This document shows positions 8,627 to 18,112 of a stretch of DNA of 37,032 nt, one piece after another. Origin of the DNA: a virus (lineage: Duplodnaviria; Heunggongvirae; Uroviricota; Caudoviricetes). Both the position numbers and the translations under genes were made by a program. A model generated the notes under the pieces. It saw only the letters and a program-made list of their open reading frames with translations. It ran no database searches and was not told the DNA's origin. How positions within the stretch are numbered: position 1 is the first letter of the stretch; every line of letters starts with the position of its first letter. The DNA lies in the IMG/VR virus record IMGVR_UViG_2700989496_000004; one strand, 5' to 3'.

Positions 8627-11577
8627 CAGCGGTACTCCTTACGTTGTTTCTGAGCCAGCAGACGCTCCAGCATTTTTTCCAGCTCATGCAGACTCATATT
8701 CAGGGCACCAGTCAGTCCTGCAGGCGCTGTGGTTTCCCTGCCATTGAGGAAAAACTGAGGATTAAAGCTGACCTGGATACCACCAGACGTTCCACCGCCG
8801 GTTGCAGCTGCACCACGGCCTGAATATCCGGCAGCCAGGATTTCAGGCGAGGGGATACGGGGAACATCCGGTGTCATCTCATTTGCCAGACGTTGCCCTG
8901 GTAAAATCGATGCCCGGGTGGAGAGCGGAATAGCGGGCATGGAAGACAAACTATTGATTACGGCTCCGATCGCATTTTTAGCAGACGACATAAACCCATT
9001 GATATCGGGCAACGGCATACTGAAGCGAACACCTGAAGTGTTATCCCGTATTTCTGGCCCCTGAATGCTCACGGGCATTCTGGGGAGCAGTTCACTGGCC
9101 ATTCGCTGCCCGGCCAGAGCTGCAAGCGGAGTGGTCCGCTGCAGGCCAATGGCGGCCCCCTGCGCGATATTGTCACCAAAGCCCATAAACACGCGGCTCG
9201 GCGAATGAATGCCCAGCTTTTCGCTGAACCAGCCACTGATGCTGTCGCCCATTCCGGTTACACTGGATTTGAGCGACTCCCATTTGTTTTTGATACCGTT
9301 AATCAGACCATCGACAAGATGGCCACCGAAGTCGGTAAACTTTGCCGGCAGATCAACACCAAGATATTTCAGCGCAGCTGCAAAGGCTTTATAGAGCAGA
9401 CCTGCCGGCGACCAGTTAATCAGCAGCTTACCAGTTCCCGCGATACCGCCGTTAAAGGCTTCCTGAATGTCAGCCCAGCATTGTTTAAACCAGCTACTGA
9501 TGCTGTCACCCATTCCGGTTACACTGGATTTGAGCGACCCCCATTTGTTTTTGATACCGTTAATCAAACCGTCGATAAGATGGCCACCGAAGTCGGTGAA
9601 CTTTGCCGGCAGAGTAACGCCGAAATATTTCAGCGCAGCCGCAAAGGCTTTATAGAGCAGGCCTGCCGGCGACCAGTTAATCAGCAGCTTACCAGTTCCC
9701 GCGATACCGCCGTTAAAGGCTTCCTGAATGTCAGCCCAGCGCTGTTTAAACCAGCCACTGACTGCCCCCCAGTTGCGGTAGATAAGGTAAGCTGCTGCCG
9801 CGACAGCGGTGATAACGAGACCGATGGGATTCATCATCAGCGCTCGCCCAATCCAGAGAACGGCACGTGCAGCGCTCATAAAACCGCGAACGAGGCTGCC
9901 CGCCAGAACTTTGCTGAGTTTCAGTCCTCCGCTGGTCAGTCGGCTGAATCCAGTGACAAGCCAGCGTAATTTGCCACCTTCTCCGAGTGCGGTAGTCAGT
10001 CGATGCCAGTTGGTCCGGAGTAAAACAGCAGTTTTCCAGACGTTCACAAAGGGGGAAATAAGGAGATTCAGCCCCAGTTTGAGACCAACAGTCGCTATCT
10101 TAATCGCAAGGAGCGCACTGATGAGCTTAAAAGCCCCACTGACAAATTGCGGGTGAGTCGCCACCCAGTGTTTTGTCCCCTGAATGAGTGGGAGCAAGTC
10201 CTGAGTCAGAGAAATAAAAGATGGAGCTAATTGATCGCCCAGCGTAATTGCCAGATCGCGACTGCTGACCATAAGTGTTTTAGTGGCTTCAAGGGGAGAT
10301 TTCAGCCGCTGATCATAAGCACTGGCAAGCAAATCGTTATCCGCAGCCCTGAGAGCACCGGCACGGATCTCTCGATATCTGTCCATGTTGGCCAGCATCG
10401 GGCGGATAAATGCCATGACCTGCATATCCGCGAACATATCGCCCAGACCAAAGTTTTTCGCCAGAGCCTGAAGTGCCTCATCTCTTGCCGTATCATTCTT
10501 TATTTTCATGGCTGATTTGAAGCCGGCCAGCGCTTCGGGGCTTTTGGCATTGAGGTAACGTTCTATAACACTCAACATCCCTTCAATCGGAGAGATCCCC
10601 GCAGCTTTATAACTCGCAATAGATCCCTGCAAATCAATACCCAGATCAGCAAACTGTTTCTGAGTATCGCGGGCAAAAATTTTGGTAAGAAAGTTTTTAA
10701 AATTATTGGCTGCTTCGTCGGTGGAACCTGCACCGATTTTTGCTATCTGGAGACTGGCCCCGATTTCAGCAACAGCCTCTTTTCCACTGGCAATACCCGC
10801 CATCATTGGGGCCAGGGACTGCATCCACTTGACCTGATCCGGGATTTCAAATGACCCCTGGTCACCGGCATAAGCCATAATATTCTGAACGGCACCAAAA
10901 TCTCTGGCCGCGCCTTTCAGGGAGTTTTGCCAGACTGCGGCCACTTTTGCCCAGTCCTGAGCAGACGTGCGTGTTGCCGTTGCCGCGCGGGCAATATCCG
11001 GCATCAGAAAACCGATATCTGACACATTATCAATATTGTCGCTGATGAGTGAACCCATCGCCTCCTGCAGCTCATCCTGATACTGATTGTATTTAAGCGC
11101 CCAGCCTTTTATCTGTCCGGCAAGTGCATCCCGCGTTTTATTGTCATATTTTGCGGTGATCGACATATCAATCATTTTGTCCTGAAAAGACATGGACTGC
11201 TGAACGGCAGGGGAAACCGTATGATAAACAGTCTGTGCCATGCCATACGCTTCAATCCCCTGACCATACAGCGCCATGCGGTTAGCTTTCAGCGCATCAC
11301 TGGTAGCGGATGCCGCTGACAGACGGCGCTGCTGGCGCTCAATTTGCTCCATGGTGCGGCTTACCCGCAGCAGCTCGCTGTTGAGATGCTGCATCCGGGA
11401 AGAACCCAGTTGACCATAACGTTCTGTTGCACGGGTTAAAGCGTTCTGACGTTCCTGCAGGCGGCGTGAGGTATCGCTCAGGGAATCAAGCGCACGGCGG
11501 GTACCGCTCATTGCAGAACGGAATGTGCTGCCAATCATCCCGCCGATAACAACGCCGACTGAAAACTGTCCCGACAT
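8626..11577 (-). CDS. Tail tape measure protein
   Basis: 983 aa, hydrophobic/Gly-rich segments, internal 86-aa tandem duplication, located after the chaperone pair and before baseplate genes. Confidence 0.9.
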   Translation of the reverse strand: MSGQFSVGVVIGGMIGSTFRSAMSGTRRALDSLSDTSRRLQERQNALTRATERYGQLGSSRMQHLNSELLRVSRTMEQIERQQRRLSAASATSDALKANRMALYGQGIEAYGMAQTVYHTVSPAVQQSMSFQDKMIDMSITAKYDNKTRDALAGQIKGWALKYNQYQDELQEAMGSLISDNIDNVSDIGFLMPDIARAATATRTSAQDWAKVAAVWQNSLKGAARDFGAVQNIMAYAGDQGSFEIPDQVKWMQSLAPMMAGIASGKEAVAEIGASLQIAKIGAGSTDEAANNFKNFLTKIFARDTQKQFADLGIDLQGSIASYKAAGISPIEGMLSVIERYLNAKSPEALAGFKSAMKIKNDTARDEALQALAKNFGLGDMFADMQVMAFIRPMLANMDRYREIRAGALRAADNDLLASAYDQRLKSPLEATKTLMVSSRDLAITLGDQLAPSFISLTQDLLPLIQGTKHWVATHPQFVSGAFKLISALLAIKIATVGLKLGLNLLISPFVNVWKTAVLLRTNWHRLTTALGEGGKLRWLVTGFSRLTSGGLKLSKVLAGSLVRGFMSAARAVLWIGRALMMNPIGLVITAVAAAAYLIYRNWGAVSGWFKQRWADIQEAFNGGIAGTGKLLINWSPAGLLYKAFAAALKYFGVTLPAKFTDFGGHLIDGLINGIKNKWGSLKSSVTGMGDSISSWFKQCWADIQEAFNGGIAGTGKLLINWSPAGLLYKAFAAALKYLGVDLPAKFTDFGGHLVDGLINGIKNKWESLKSSVTGMGDSISGWFSEKLGIHSPSRVFMGFGDNIAQGAAIGLQRTTPLAALAGQRMASELLPRMPVSIQGPEIRDNTSGVRFSMPLPDINGFMSSAKNAIGAVINSLSSMPAIPLSTRASILPGQRLANEMTPDVPRIPSPEILAAGYSGRGAAATGGGTSGGIQVSFNPQFFLNGRETTAPAGLTGALNMSLHELEKMLERLLAQKQRKEYR
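9229..9744. repeat. 258-bp tandem duplication (2 copies plus the start of a third) inside the tape measure gene
   Basis: aaccagcc/tactgatgctgtc...cccattccggttacactggatttgagcga recurs with a 258-bp period. The encoded 86-aa units differ at about 6 residues. Confidence 0.85.
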
Positions 11578-11652
11578 AGTGGTTAACCTCCGGGGAAGGT
11601 GAAAAGACGTGAGGGGATAACGCAGAACAGCCGCTACTGGCGGCTGTCTGTA

Positions 11653-11910
11653 CTATGATTTGTCGCCGTACTCGCTTTTGATTTGCTCTTCAGCCTGCTC
11701 CAGCCACATCTCCAGATCGTCAGTATCGAGGGCATCAATCTCCCCCGGCTGAAACCGGAACCATCTCGCCAGCAGCCCCTGCGCCTGCGTCAGCGCCCTG
11801 GTTGCTCTCACCCATCCCCGTGATGAGCTGAAATCGTTTCTGTAACTGCAGGTAATCAGCCAGATCCATATTGTCGAGATCCTCCGGGAGAAGACCAGTA
11901 CTGCGGGCAA
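11653..11910 (-). CDS. Overlapping extension ORF, possible frameshift product (E'-like)
   Basis: 85-codon ORF in the +1 frame relative to the chaperone, overlapping its 3' half and ending 76 bp before the tape measure start. C-terminus ...DTDDLEMWLEQAEEQIKSEYGDKS. Confidence 0.4.
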   Translation of the reverse strand: MPAVLVFSRRISTIWIWLITCSYRNDFSSSRGWVRATRALTQAQGLLARWFRFQPGEIDALDTDDLEMWLEQAEEQIKSEYGDKS

Positions 11911-12070
11911 TCAGCGGTTCGTCCCAGTCTGCCGGGTTTTTGCTGATTTTGCGCACCTGCTTCAGGTCTTTTACCGTCAGGCGTTTCAGTTCAACCAGCT
12001 CAATTCTGGTGCCTGCAGCAGTGGTGAAGGGATAAGACAATTTAAAAGTATCGGATGGGGTCTGTGACAT
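11735..12070 (-). CDS. Putative tail assembly chaperone (gpE / Mu gp41-like)
   Basis: 111 aa directly upstream of the tape measure gene, acidic Gly/Ala-rich C-terminus, overlapped by an extension ORF. Confidence 0.55.
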   Translation of the reverse strand: MSQTPSDTFKLSYPFTTAAGTRIELVELKRLTVKDLKQVRKISKNPADWDEPLIARSTGLLPEDLDNMDLADYLQLQKRFQLITGMGESNQGADAGAGAAGEMVPVSAGGD

Positions 12071-12167
12071 GATTGTGCTCCTGTGTAAGTTCAGGGCAGT
12101 ATGTCGGGAGAAGCGCGTGACGGATATTAAAGGAGATTAAGAAGAAGGGGCCGGAGCCCCTGTGATG

Positions 12168-12449
12168 TCAGCAAGTGCGAAACCCCTTGCAGTTACGCAG
12201 GAAAGCGATGAGAAGCGTCTTTCCCTCAGATTTGCCGATGCCGGAGAACCAGTGGTCGGGAGGCTCCCATGCTTCAATCAAATCCGCCAGTTTGCGGGCC
12301 TTTGAACGTGTGCAGTCAATCGGGTCATTGGTTTTACGGGTATTAAAAAGGGTTTCCACCCCCGGAATATCAAGGAGGGTAAACCACGTACCATTTGACA
12401 TGCCCAGTGCCGCACATCGTCCTCCTTTATCCGTCAGTTCAACACTCAC
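12168..12449 (-). CDS. Hypothetical protein (possible moron between tail tube and chaperone)
   Basis: 93 codons with a GTG start 2 nt after the tube stop, weak GGGGG ribosome-binding site. Followed (minus sense) by hairpin GGGGCTCCGGCCCC and a T-rich tract at 12150-12163. Confidence 0.4.
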   Translation of the reverse strand: MSVELTDKGGRCAALGMSNGTWFTLLDIPGVETLFNTRKTNDPIDCTRSKARKLADLIEAWEPPDHWFSGIGKSEGKTLLIAFLRNCKGFRTC

Positions 12450-12451
12450 CG

Positions 12452-12973
12452 TCAGCCCCCGATATTGATACGGTAGTCAGTCAGTTGATCAACACCGCCG
12501 ACCCGGAAGATGTTGGCCAGATAGTCCAGTTGCAGCAGCTCTTCACCATCCAGTACCTGTCTGATATACGTGCAGGTGAAGCTACTGGAGAACTCGGCGT
12601 TCTCGTGCTGTTTGAACGTCCCCAGCGGGTTCTTCTTGAACATAATCGTCAGGAAGGTGACCAGCGGGATTTCGTCAATCAGCCCCTGCGAGCTGTAGCG
12701 CTGGACGCTGGAACGACACTGCAGTGCCAGCGACCTGTACGGGTTCGCGGCAGACAGCATCGCATCGCGGTAAAAGCTGTTCCATTTGATTTCGCCTTCC
12801 AGTTTGTCAAAACCAGCCGGGAGTTCCACCTTACCCACCATCCCCAGCGCCTTGTGTTCCTGCATAATCATGGAGACATCGGGGAGTTTAACTTCCTCAG
12901 CCCGTCCCAGCAGGTTAGTACCATCCAGATAGATGTTGGCATTCGTGATGCGGTTTATCTCAATCTTTGACAT
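12452..12973 (-). CDS. Tail tube protein (contractile tail)
   Basis: 173 aa immediately after the sheath gene with start overlapping the sheath stop. Confidence 0.75.
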   Translation of the reverse strand: MSKIEINRITNANIYLDGTNLLGRAEEVKLPDVSMIMQEHKALGMVGKVELPAGFDKLEGEIKWNSFYRDAMLSAANPYRSLALQCRSSVQRYSSQGLIDEIPLVTFLTIMFKKNPLGTFKQHENAEFSSSFTCTYIRQVLDGEELLQLDYLANIFRVGGVDQLTDYRINIGG

Positions 12974-14400
12974 CAGTTGCCCCCTTTCAGGGTTAACAGG
13001 TATTCCGAGGTGATCTCAGTCTCAAACGTCAGTCGCTCCAGCGGCGGTGGTGGCGTATATTTGTAGCTCAGCAACAGGTGCCCGGCGGCCAGCTCCGTCT
13101 CCGGATTGCGGGCCGGATCAAACCAGCAACGGAAGCCCAGTACCGCACCATCACCAGTCATTTTGCGACCGTAGGCGTTGACCGACTCCGTCAGTGCATC
13201 AATCAGCGCCTGAGTAATCGGCATGTCGATGTACTGCTGGCTGAAATAACGAATGGACTCGTTGATCACATCACCGGTGCGGCGAACGTTCTCAAAGTTA
13301 CGCATATGGGTGACCGTTGGCCATGCTGCCGTCCGGTTACCCCACAGACGAAGGCCGCTGCCGTAACTGCTGAATACCGTGGTGATCCCCTGTTCGTTAA
13401 GCAGGTTCACCTCACTCTGCGGGTCATCAATCATCGCGGACAGCTGGCGCTCCACGCCGGTGATCCCCAGAATCTCCTGATTGGAGGATGACCACCAGTA
13501 GCCCTTGTCCAGATCGACTCTGGCACGCAGACCTGCTGCACGCTGGCTGAGCGGCTCCAGACGCTCTGTGTTTGTCACCGGGTCATATACCTTCACATGC
13601 GGATAGCACAGACGGACGCGGTCGGAGCTGGTATTGAAGTTGATGGTGCCTTCCGGGCCACGACCTGCCAGAGCCTGTGCAAAGGTGGTACCGACAGGCG
13701 CATCAATGTAGGTTACCGCGCCCAGCTTCTCTGCCATGGCGATAAGCTCAACTGCGACACTCTTCTGGGTGCAGAACACCGGCGCAATCAGAATTTTGGC
13801 GAAATAGCCGTACAGGTTGAAGCTGTCGTTAAGCAGCTTCATGCCGGTTCGGTTTCCGGCGCTGTTCACCCCGCCGATGATGTCCGCCGCAGTCACCTTC
13901 GACGGGTCCGCGTACTCATAGCTCACCTTCACGCTGCCACCGGCCTCAATAGCCTTGCCCAGGTTCGTGAGCACACCCGCCTGCGCATCAACACGGTAGT
14001 CCGTGTTCGCCGTGTGGGTGGTGCTGCCTTCACTGTTTTTCACCACCACATTAGCGACAACCGGATGCGCCAGTCTGGCCTGCCCTGTCGATTTGTCAAA
14101 GGTAACCACCTCATCCTCGATCGCCGTTTTATGTTTCGCCGGGTCGAGGACGTTAATGACCAGAACGGTGCCTGCACCATGGTCATAAATCGCATCCAGC
14201 GCCTGCGGAATGGTAAAGCCGGTGAACTGGCTGCCAAATGCCGCTGCGTCTTTCTCAGACAGGCACTGTACCAGCGTATTGACATCCCCCATCGGGGCGG
14301 TACCAATCAGGCCAATAACGGCAGATTTCACCGTTTTAACCGGGCGGGCACCGTTTTCCACCTCAATGGTTTCGGGACCATGCAGATAGTTAGCTGCCAT
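12973..14400 (-). CDS. Tail sheath protein
   Basis: 475 aa, typical size and position for a sheath gene upstream of the tube gene. Confidence 0.85.
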   Translation of the reverse strand: MAANYLHGPETIEVENGARPVKTVKSAVIGLIGTAPMGDVNTLVQCLSEKDAAAFGSQFTGFTIPQALDAIYDHGAGTVLVINVLDPAKHKTAIEDEVVTFDKSTGQARLAHPVVANVVVKNSEGSTTHTANTDYRVDAQAGVLTNLGKAIEAGGSVKVSYEYADPSKVTAADIIGGVNSAGNRTGMKLLNDSFNLYGYFAKILIAPVFCTQKSVAVELIAMAEKLGAVTYIDAPVGTTFAQALAGRGPEGTINFNTSSDRVRLCYPHVKVYDPVTNTERLEPLSQRAAGLRARVDLDKGYWWSSSNQEILGITGVERQLSAMIDDPQSEVNLLNEQGITTVFSSYGSGLRLWGNRTAAWPTVTHMRNFENVRRTGDVINESIRYFSQQYIDMPITQALIDALTESVNAYGRKMTGDGAVLGFRCWFDPARNPETELAAGHLLLSYKYTPPPPLERLTFETEITSEYLLTLKGGN

Positions 14401-14644
14401 GGGTGTCCTCCGTTTTCACTTCGCTGTCACTGCTGCTTCTGCGCTTTGGTGACTGCACAGCCGGTGTGCCGGCGGGTTTAGTCTCTTCAGGTACCGGCGT
14501 CAGATGTTTCAGCGCCACCAGTACCTTCACGTAGTCATGCTCCTCCGGCAGGGAAACCGTCTTCCCCGGCCAGAGCAGGATTTCGGTTCCGTCCGACAGC
14601 GTGACGCCGCTGGCCGGGCCGGAATAGCGGTATTCTTTCATCAC
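14390..14644 (-). CDS. Hypothetical virion protein (Mu gp38 position)
   Basis: 84 aa, translationally coupled between the gp37-like and sheath genes. Confidence 0.45.
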   Translation of the reverse strand: MMKEYRYSGPASGVTLSDGTEILLWPGKTVSLPEEHDYVKVLVALKHLTPVPEETKPAGTPAVQSPKRRSSSDSEVKTEDTHGS

Positions 14645-15105
14645 TCGCTTTCCTCATAGTTCACTTCGGTTAACAGCGGGCCGGACGGTAAATCGCTGTC
14701 TTCGATAAAGACGCTTTCAGTCGCGAAGTCGAGGGCGTACTGCCACAGCCCCCTGACTTCACCGATAAACACCTCGCGGGTCAGCCAGATACGGCGGCGG
14801 CAGCCGGGCGGGGTGTGGCCACCGAGAATGCGGCGGACAGCATCCAGGACATTAATCGCCCCTTTTTTACCGTTGAGCTGGCGGAAGACCACCGTGACGC
14901 AGAGCTGGATAGTCTGAGACTGGATCACCGCACCGGTATCATCCGGCCTGTCAAAGCGCGAACCGGCATAGCTCAACAGCAACGCGCCAACCGGATGGTT
15001 CAGGCGATATTCAGCCGGTTTCTCCGGGAAGTACTCCACCTGCAGTTGCGGCAGCTTCTCGCGTAACCGGGCCAGTACCGCATCAAGGACGGGCAGAACG
15101 TTCAT
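14641..15105 (-). CDS. Head-tail joining / tail completion protein (Mu gp37-like)
   Basis: 154 aa, position after the gp36-like gene, coupled on both sides. Confidence 0.5.
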   Translation of the reverse strand: MNVLPVLDAVLARLREKLPQLQVEYFPEKPAEYRLNHPVGALLLSYAGSRFDRPDDTGAVIQSQTIQLCVTVVFRQLNGKKGAINVLDAVRRILGGHTPPGCRRRIWLTREVFIGEVRGLWQYALDFATESVFIEDSDLPSGPLLTEVNYEESE

Positions 15106-15551
15106 CAGTATTTCTCCAGTAAACCGTCACGACCGCCGAAAGTGGCCGGGCGACTGCGTACACGAAACTCGCCAGGCTCAGGCACATCTTTCTGAGTGGA
15201 CGGCAGCCCCAGCGTGAGCCTGTTATCACGTAACTCCCTGAGTTGCCGCAGCGCTTCTTTGTGGTCATCCTTCACCGTATCCGGGAGGTCACCTTCCGGG
15301 CGGCGGGCGTAGAGCCGGTAACGGACCAGCGTGATGGCAATGTCCCGCAGAACAGTCGGTATCTCTGCCAGTGGCAGGATATAGCGTCCGCGCAGATGGG
15401 CATCAATCAGCTCGTCGGCATAGCGGATACAGCTGTCCACCACACGGGTATTCACTGTTGCAGGTGAGTCGAAGTCCATCTCTTCACTGGTGAGCTCGAT
15501 AAGCGTCCGCTCCGGCACCTGCGCAAGCAAATCCTCCAGGGTGCAGTACAT
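15105..15551 (-). CDS. Mu gp36-like protein (DUF1320-type)
   Basis: Start taken at internal Met (MYCTLEDLLAQVPERT...) one nucleotide after the stop of the upstream gene. The 202-aa track ORF is an in-frame upstream extension. Confidence 0.55.
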   Translation of the reverse strand: MYCTLEDLLAQVPERTLIELTSEEMDFDSPATVNTRVVDSCIRYADELIDAHLRGRYILPLAEIPTVLRDIAITLVRYRLYARRPEGDLPDTVKDDHKEALRQLRELRDNRLTLGLPSTQKDVPEPGEFRVRSRPATFGGRDGLLEKY

Positions 15552-15552
15552 G

Positions 15553-15891
15553 TCACACCCCGCGCAGGATACGAATGACGTCGCCTTCACCCCCGGCTTC
15601 ATCAAGTGCAATACCACAGGATTTACCGTCGCCGGACTGCGGCACGGCTCTGGCCTGAGCATCTGACTGAACAGCCACACCACGGCTGACAGCGGCCCCG
15701 GCCTCGACAGCAATAATGCCCAGAACGCTCACCGGCGTGCTGTCGCCGGTAACAGCATCCACTTCGGCAACCCCGAGCGCTGCGGCACCGGCTTTACAGG
15801 GGGTATTATCTGCCCCGACAAAACGCTGCTGTGCCAGTGCTGCCCCTGCCGTTACGGTTGTGATCAGAATGACCTGCTGAGTGGTTCCCAT
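15553..15891 (-). CDS. Hypothetical Ala/Gly/Val-rich head-associated protein
   Basis: 112 aa exactly filling the gap between capsid and gp36-like genes, with AAGGAGG 5 nt upstream of the ATG. Confidence 0.5.
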   Translation of the reverse strand: MGTTQQVILITTVTAGAALAQQRFVGADNTPCKAGAAALGVAEVDAVTGDSTPVSVLGIIAVEAGAAVSRGVAVQSDAQARAVPQSGDGKSCGIALDEAGGEGDVIRILRGV

Positions 15892-15900
15892 AACGCCTCC

Positions 15901-16854
15901 TTATTTACTGATACCGGTAATGAGATACCCGGCATCGCCACCAACCACGGCGACTTTGTAGATATCGGTATAACGGCAGTACTTCACCTTGCCACCGGCT
16001 CCGTCGTATTTGTCGGCAACAGGCATCCCCTTACGACGCAGGGTGTAGCCGAAGGACGGCTCGTTCTCGTCCGCGCTGTCCGCCCCCGGCTGCGGTTTGC
16101 CGACATAGTGCAGCATCAGATTGTCTCCCCAGATATCCGCCGGCACGCTGTTCTTATCCATTGCCGCTTTCATGGACGGCAGGGAGACTGGGGCACCGAT
16201 GACGATCTCTTCGATCTGAAAGAGGTCCTGCAGGATTTCTGTGGTGATGCGCTTGCGTTCGTTGGCTCCGATGGCGGCCTGAATCGCCGGGTGGAACTTC
16301 AGCAGCGCCATCACGCCGGCCCCCATGGTCATCAGGTTAGGACGCAGCCCCGTGGCCGTACGGACCGCTTCCATACCGGCTTCAATCACCCCGATGGGGT
16401 CCCCCTTACCACCGGCCCAGCGATCACTGGCTGTCAGTTTTTTGACGTGCCCGGTACGGTAGACCTTTTCATCCTGAGCCAGACGGGCAGCGATAAGTTC
16501 ACGGCGCAGGTTCACGCCATTCGTGGCGCGACGGATGGCCTTGCTCTCTTCGTTAAACATGGACTCCGCCTGCTCGCGATAGTCCACCGGCGCAGCCAGA
16601 TCGTGTTCACCCAGCACCAGGTCCAGCGTGCCTGTTTTTTCACGGACCAGAACATTGCTGTCCGCCCCGACGGCACGCTCGGTGTCATATTCCACAAAGG
16701 CGGTTTTCCCGAAGGTCGGTACACGCACGCCTTCCTTGTCCGTCAGCACGACGGGGAAAATACGTTCGCCGATGAATGCGGCATTTTTATAGCCACGGGC
16801 GATACTGGTCAGTACCGGATCAACGACACGTTTACCTTTTAAGTAATCAGACAT
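15901..16854 (-). CDS. Major capsid protein (Mu T-like)
   Basis: 317 aa following the protease/scaffold gene, AAGGAGA ribosome-binding site. Confidence 0.8.
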   Translation of the reverse strand: MSDYLKGKRVVDPVLTSIARGYKNAAFIGERIFPVVLTDKEGVRVPTFGKTAFVEYDTERAVGADSNVLVREKTGTLDLVLGEHDLAAPVDYREQAESMFNEESKAIRRATNGVNLRRELIAARLAQDEKVYRTGHVKKLTASDRWAGGKGDPIGVIEAGMEAVRTATGLRPNLMTMGAGVMALLKFHPAIQAAIGANERKRITTEILQDLFQIEEIVIGAPVSLPSMKAAMDKNSVPADIWGDNLMLHYVGKPQPGADSADENEPSFGYTLRRKGMPVADKYDGAGGKVKYCRYTDIYKVAVVGGDAGYLITGISK

Positions 16855-16868
16855 GCTCTCTCCTTAAA

Positions 16869-17984
16869 TTACAGGCAGCGTGCGACAGCAGCCTCATAGC
16901 TGATGCCTTCTTTTTTGGACAGGGCCACTGCTTTCTGATGCAGGGCCAGACGCTCAGGATCGGCTTCCGCAAACTCTGCCACATCCACCTTCACCGTGTC
17001 GCCGACACGCTCTTTTGTGGCCTGTTCGGCGAAATTCATCACCGGCTCCCCGTCGGAGAGCAATGAACGAAAGGCGGTGGCCAGCGGTGTGCGGCTTTCC
17101 CCCTCAGCAAACTCCACCGGCTTGTCGCCACCGGCGACGGCATCCAGCAGGGCAACCACCACGGAGGAGGCGCGGGGAGCCAGACGGCCCTCTGCGACCA
17201 GTTTTTCTGCAAAGGCCACATTGTCCTTATGCAGTTGCTCCTGTCTGACCTGTGCATCACGCGCATCGCGATCAGCAGCCTGCTGCTTCAGGCGGCGGTT
17301 CTCCTCCTGAAGGGCTTCAATCTCTTCTTTTGTCATCGATGATTCCTCGTTACTTGCGGAAGACGGCCCCGGGCCTGTCTCACTGAATTGTGCACCTGCT
17401 GCATCCTGCGACAGTGTGTCGCGGTACGCCTCTTCGCGCAGACTGTTGAGCTGCCATTCCGGCAGGACTTTTTCTGCCTCGTCCAGACTGAAGCGGGCGA
17501 TCAGAAAATCGCGCAGCTTTCCCCACAGGGAGGCATTCGTGATGGCCTGCCAGTCGGCGAACTCCACCACACCTTCTTCCTGCTCACTGAAGGACACCTG
17601 TTTCAGCCCCTTGACGGAAGGTGGCTGTGCCCCGAGAAAGCCCACATGGCGAAGGTAGAGCACGCCGGGCTTCGGATTGGACGGTGAATCCGGGAGGTAG
17701 AAAGAGGCGGACACTTTTTTGAATCGTCCGTCGGTGACCATCTCAGCAAACTGCGGGTCCAGCTGGGCAGGCTCTGCCATCAGATCGACGCCGCTGAGCG
17801 ACAGGGCTTTCACCCAGCCCCACGCCGGGTCTTCCGTTCTGGGATGACCAATCACGAGTGGTGCTTCATGGACGGACGGGTCATAGGCTTTCACGCAGGC
17901 GGCAAGATCGTCTGGCGTGAACGGCAGTTTTTTGCCGTGCATATCGGTATGAGTACCGGCTTTAAAAATGTGAATGGCTGACAT
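16869..17984 (-). CDS. Head maturation protease / scaffold (Mu I-like)
   Basis: 371 aa with an N-terminal domain and an acidic coiled-coil-like C-terminal half (EEIEALQEENRRLKQQAADRDARDAQVRQEQLHK), upstream of the capsid gene. Confidence 0.75.
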   Translation of the reverse strand: MSAIHIFKAGTHTDMHGKKLPFTPDDLAACVKAYDPSVHEAPLVIGHPRTEDPAWGWVKALSLSGVDLMAEPAQLDPQFAEMVTDGRFKKVSASFYLPDSPSNPKPGVLYLRHVGFLGAQPPSVKGLKQVSFSEQEEGVVEFADWQAITNASLWGKLRDFLIARFSLDEAEKVLPEWQLNSLREEAYRDTLSQDAAGAQFSETGPGPSSASNEESSMTKEEIEALQEENRRLKQQAADRDARDAQVRQEQLHKDNVAFAEKLVAEGRLAPRASSVVVALLDAVAGGDKPVEFAEGESRTPLATAFRSLLSDGEPVMNFAEQATKERVGDTVKVDVAEFAEADPERLALHQKAVALSKKEGISYEAAVARCL

Positions 17985-18112
17985 TTTGCTGTCCCGCGTT
18001 ATGTTGTCGGAGACAGTTTGTGAGAAATGCAGGCCCGGCGATTTTAATCTGCTTTAGAAAACATCAGGGGAGAAGGACAGGGAAAGCAATGCGGTGAACC
18101 GGAGGCGGTTAT

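Noticed and set aside
9229-9744. Possible CRISPR array suggested by regular repeats
   Set aside because: The repeat unit is 258 bp with no short repeat-spacer structure and lies in frame within a coding sequence. It is a tandem gene-segment duplication.
9205-9969. Plus-strand ORFs 9205-9969, 9209-9394 and 9467-9655, including two near-identical 61/62-aa proteins
   Set aside because: They are antisense reflections of the 258-bp tandem duplication inside the tape measure gene, not independent genes.
11735-11910. Canonical -1 slippery heptamer for E/E' frameshifting
   Set aside because: The extension ORF is in the +1 frame and no XXXYYYZ motif was found in the overlap. Reported as an atypical frame relationship instead of annotating a -1 frameshift site.
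13597-14481. 294-aa plus-strand ORF opposite the tail sheath gene
   Set aside because: Lies antisense to a well-supported, translationally coupled structural gene in GC-rich DNA. No ribosome-binding site or recognisable motif. Typical shadow ORF.
16108-16842. 244-aa plus-strand ORF opposite the major capsid gene
   Set aside because: Antisense shadow ORF. The capsid gene on the minus strand has a strong ribosome-binding site and fits operon context.
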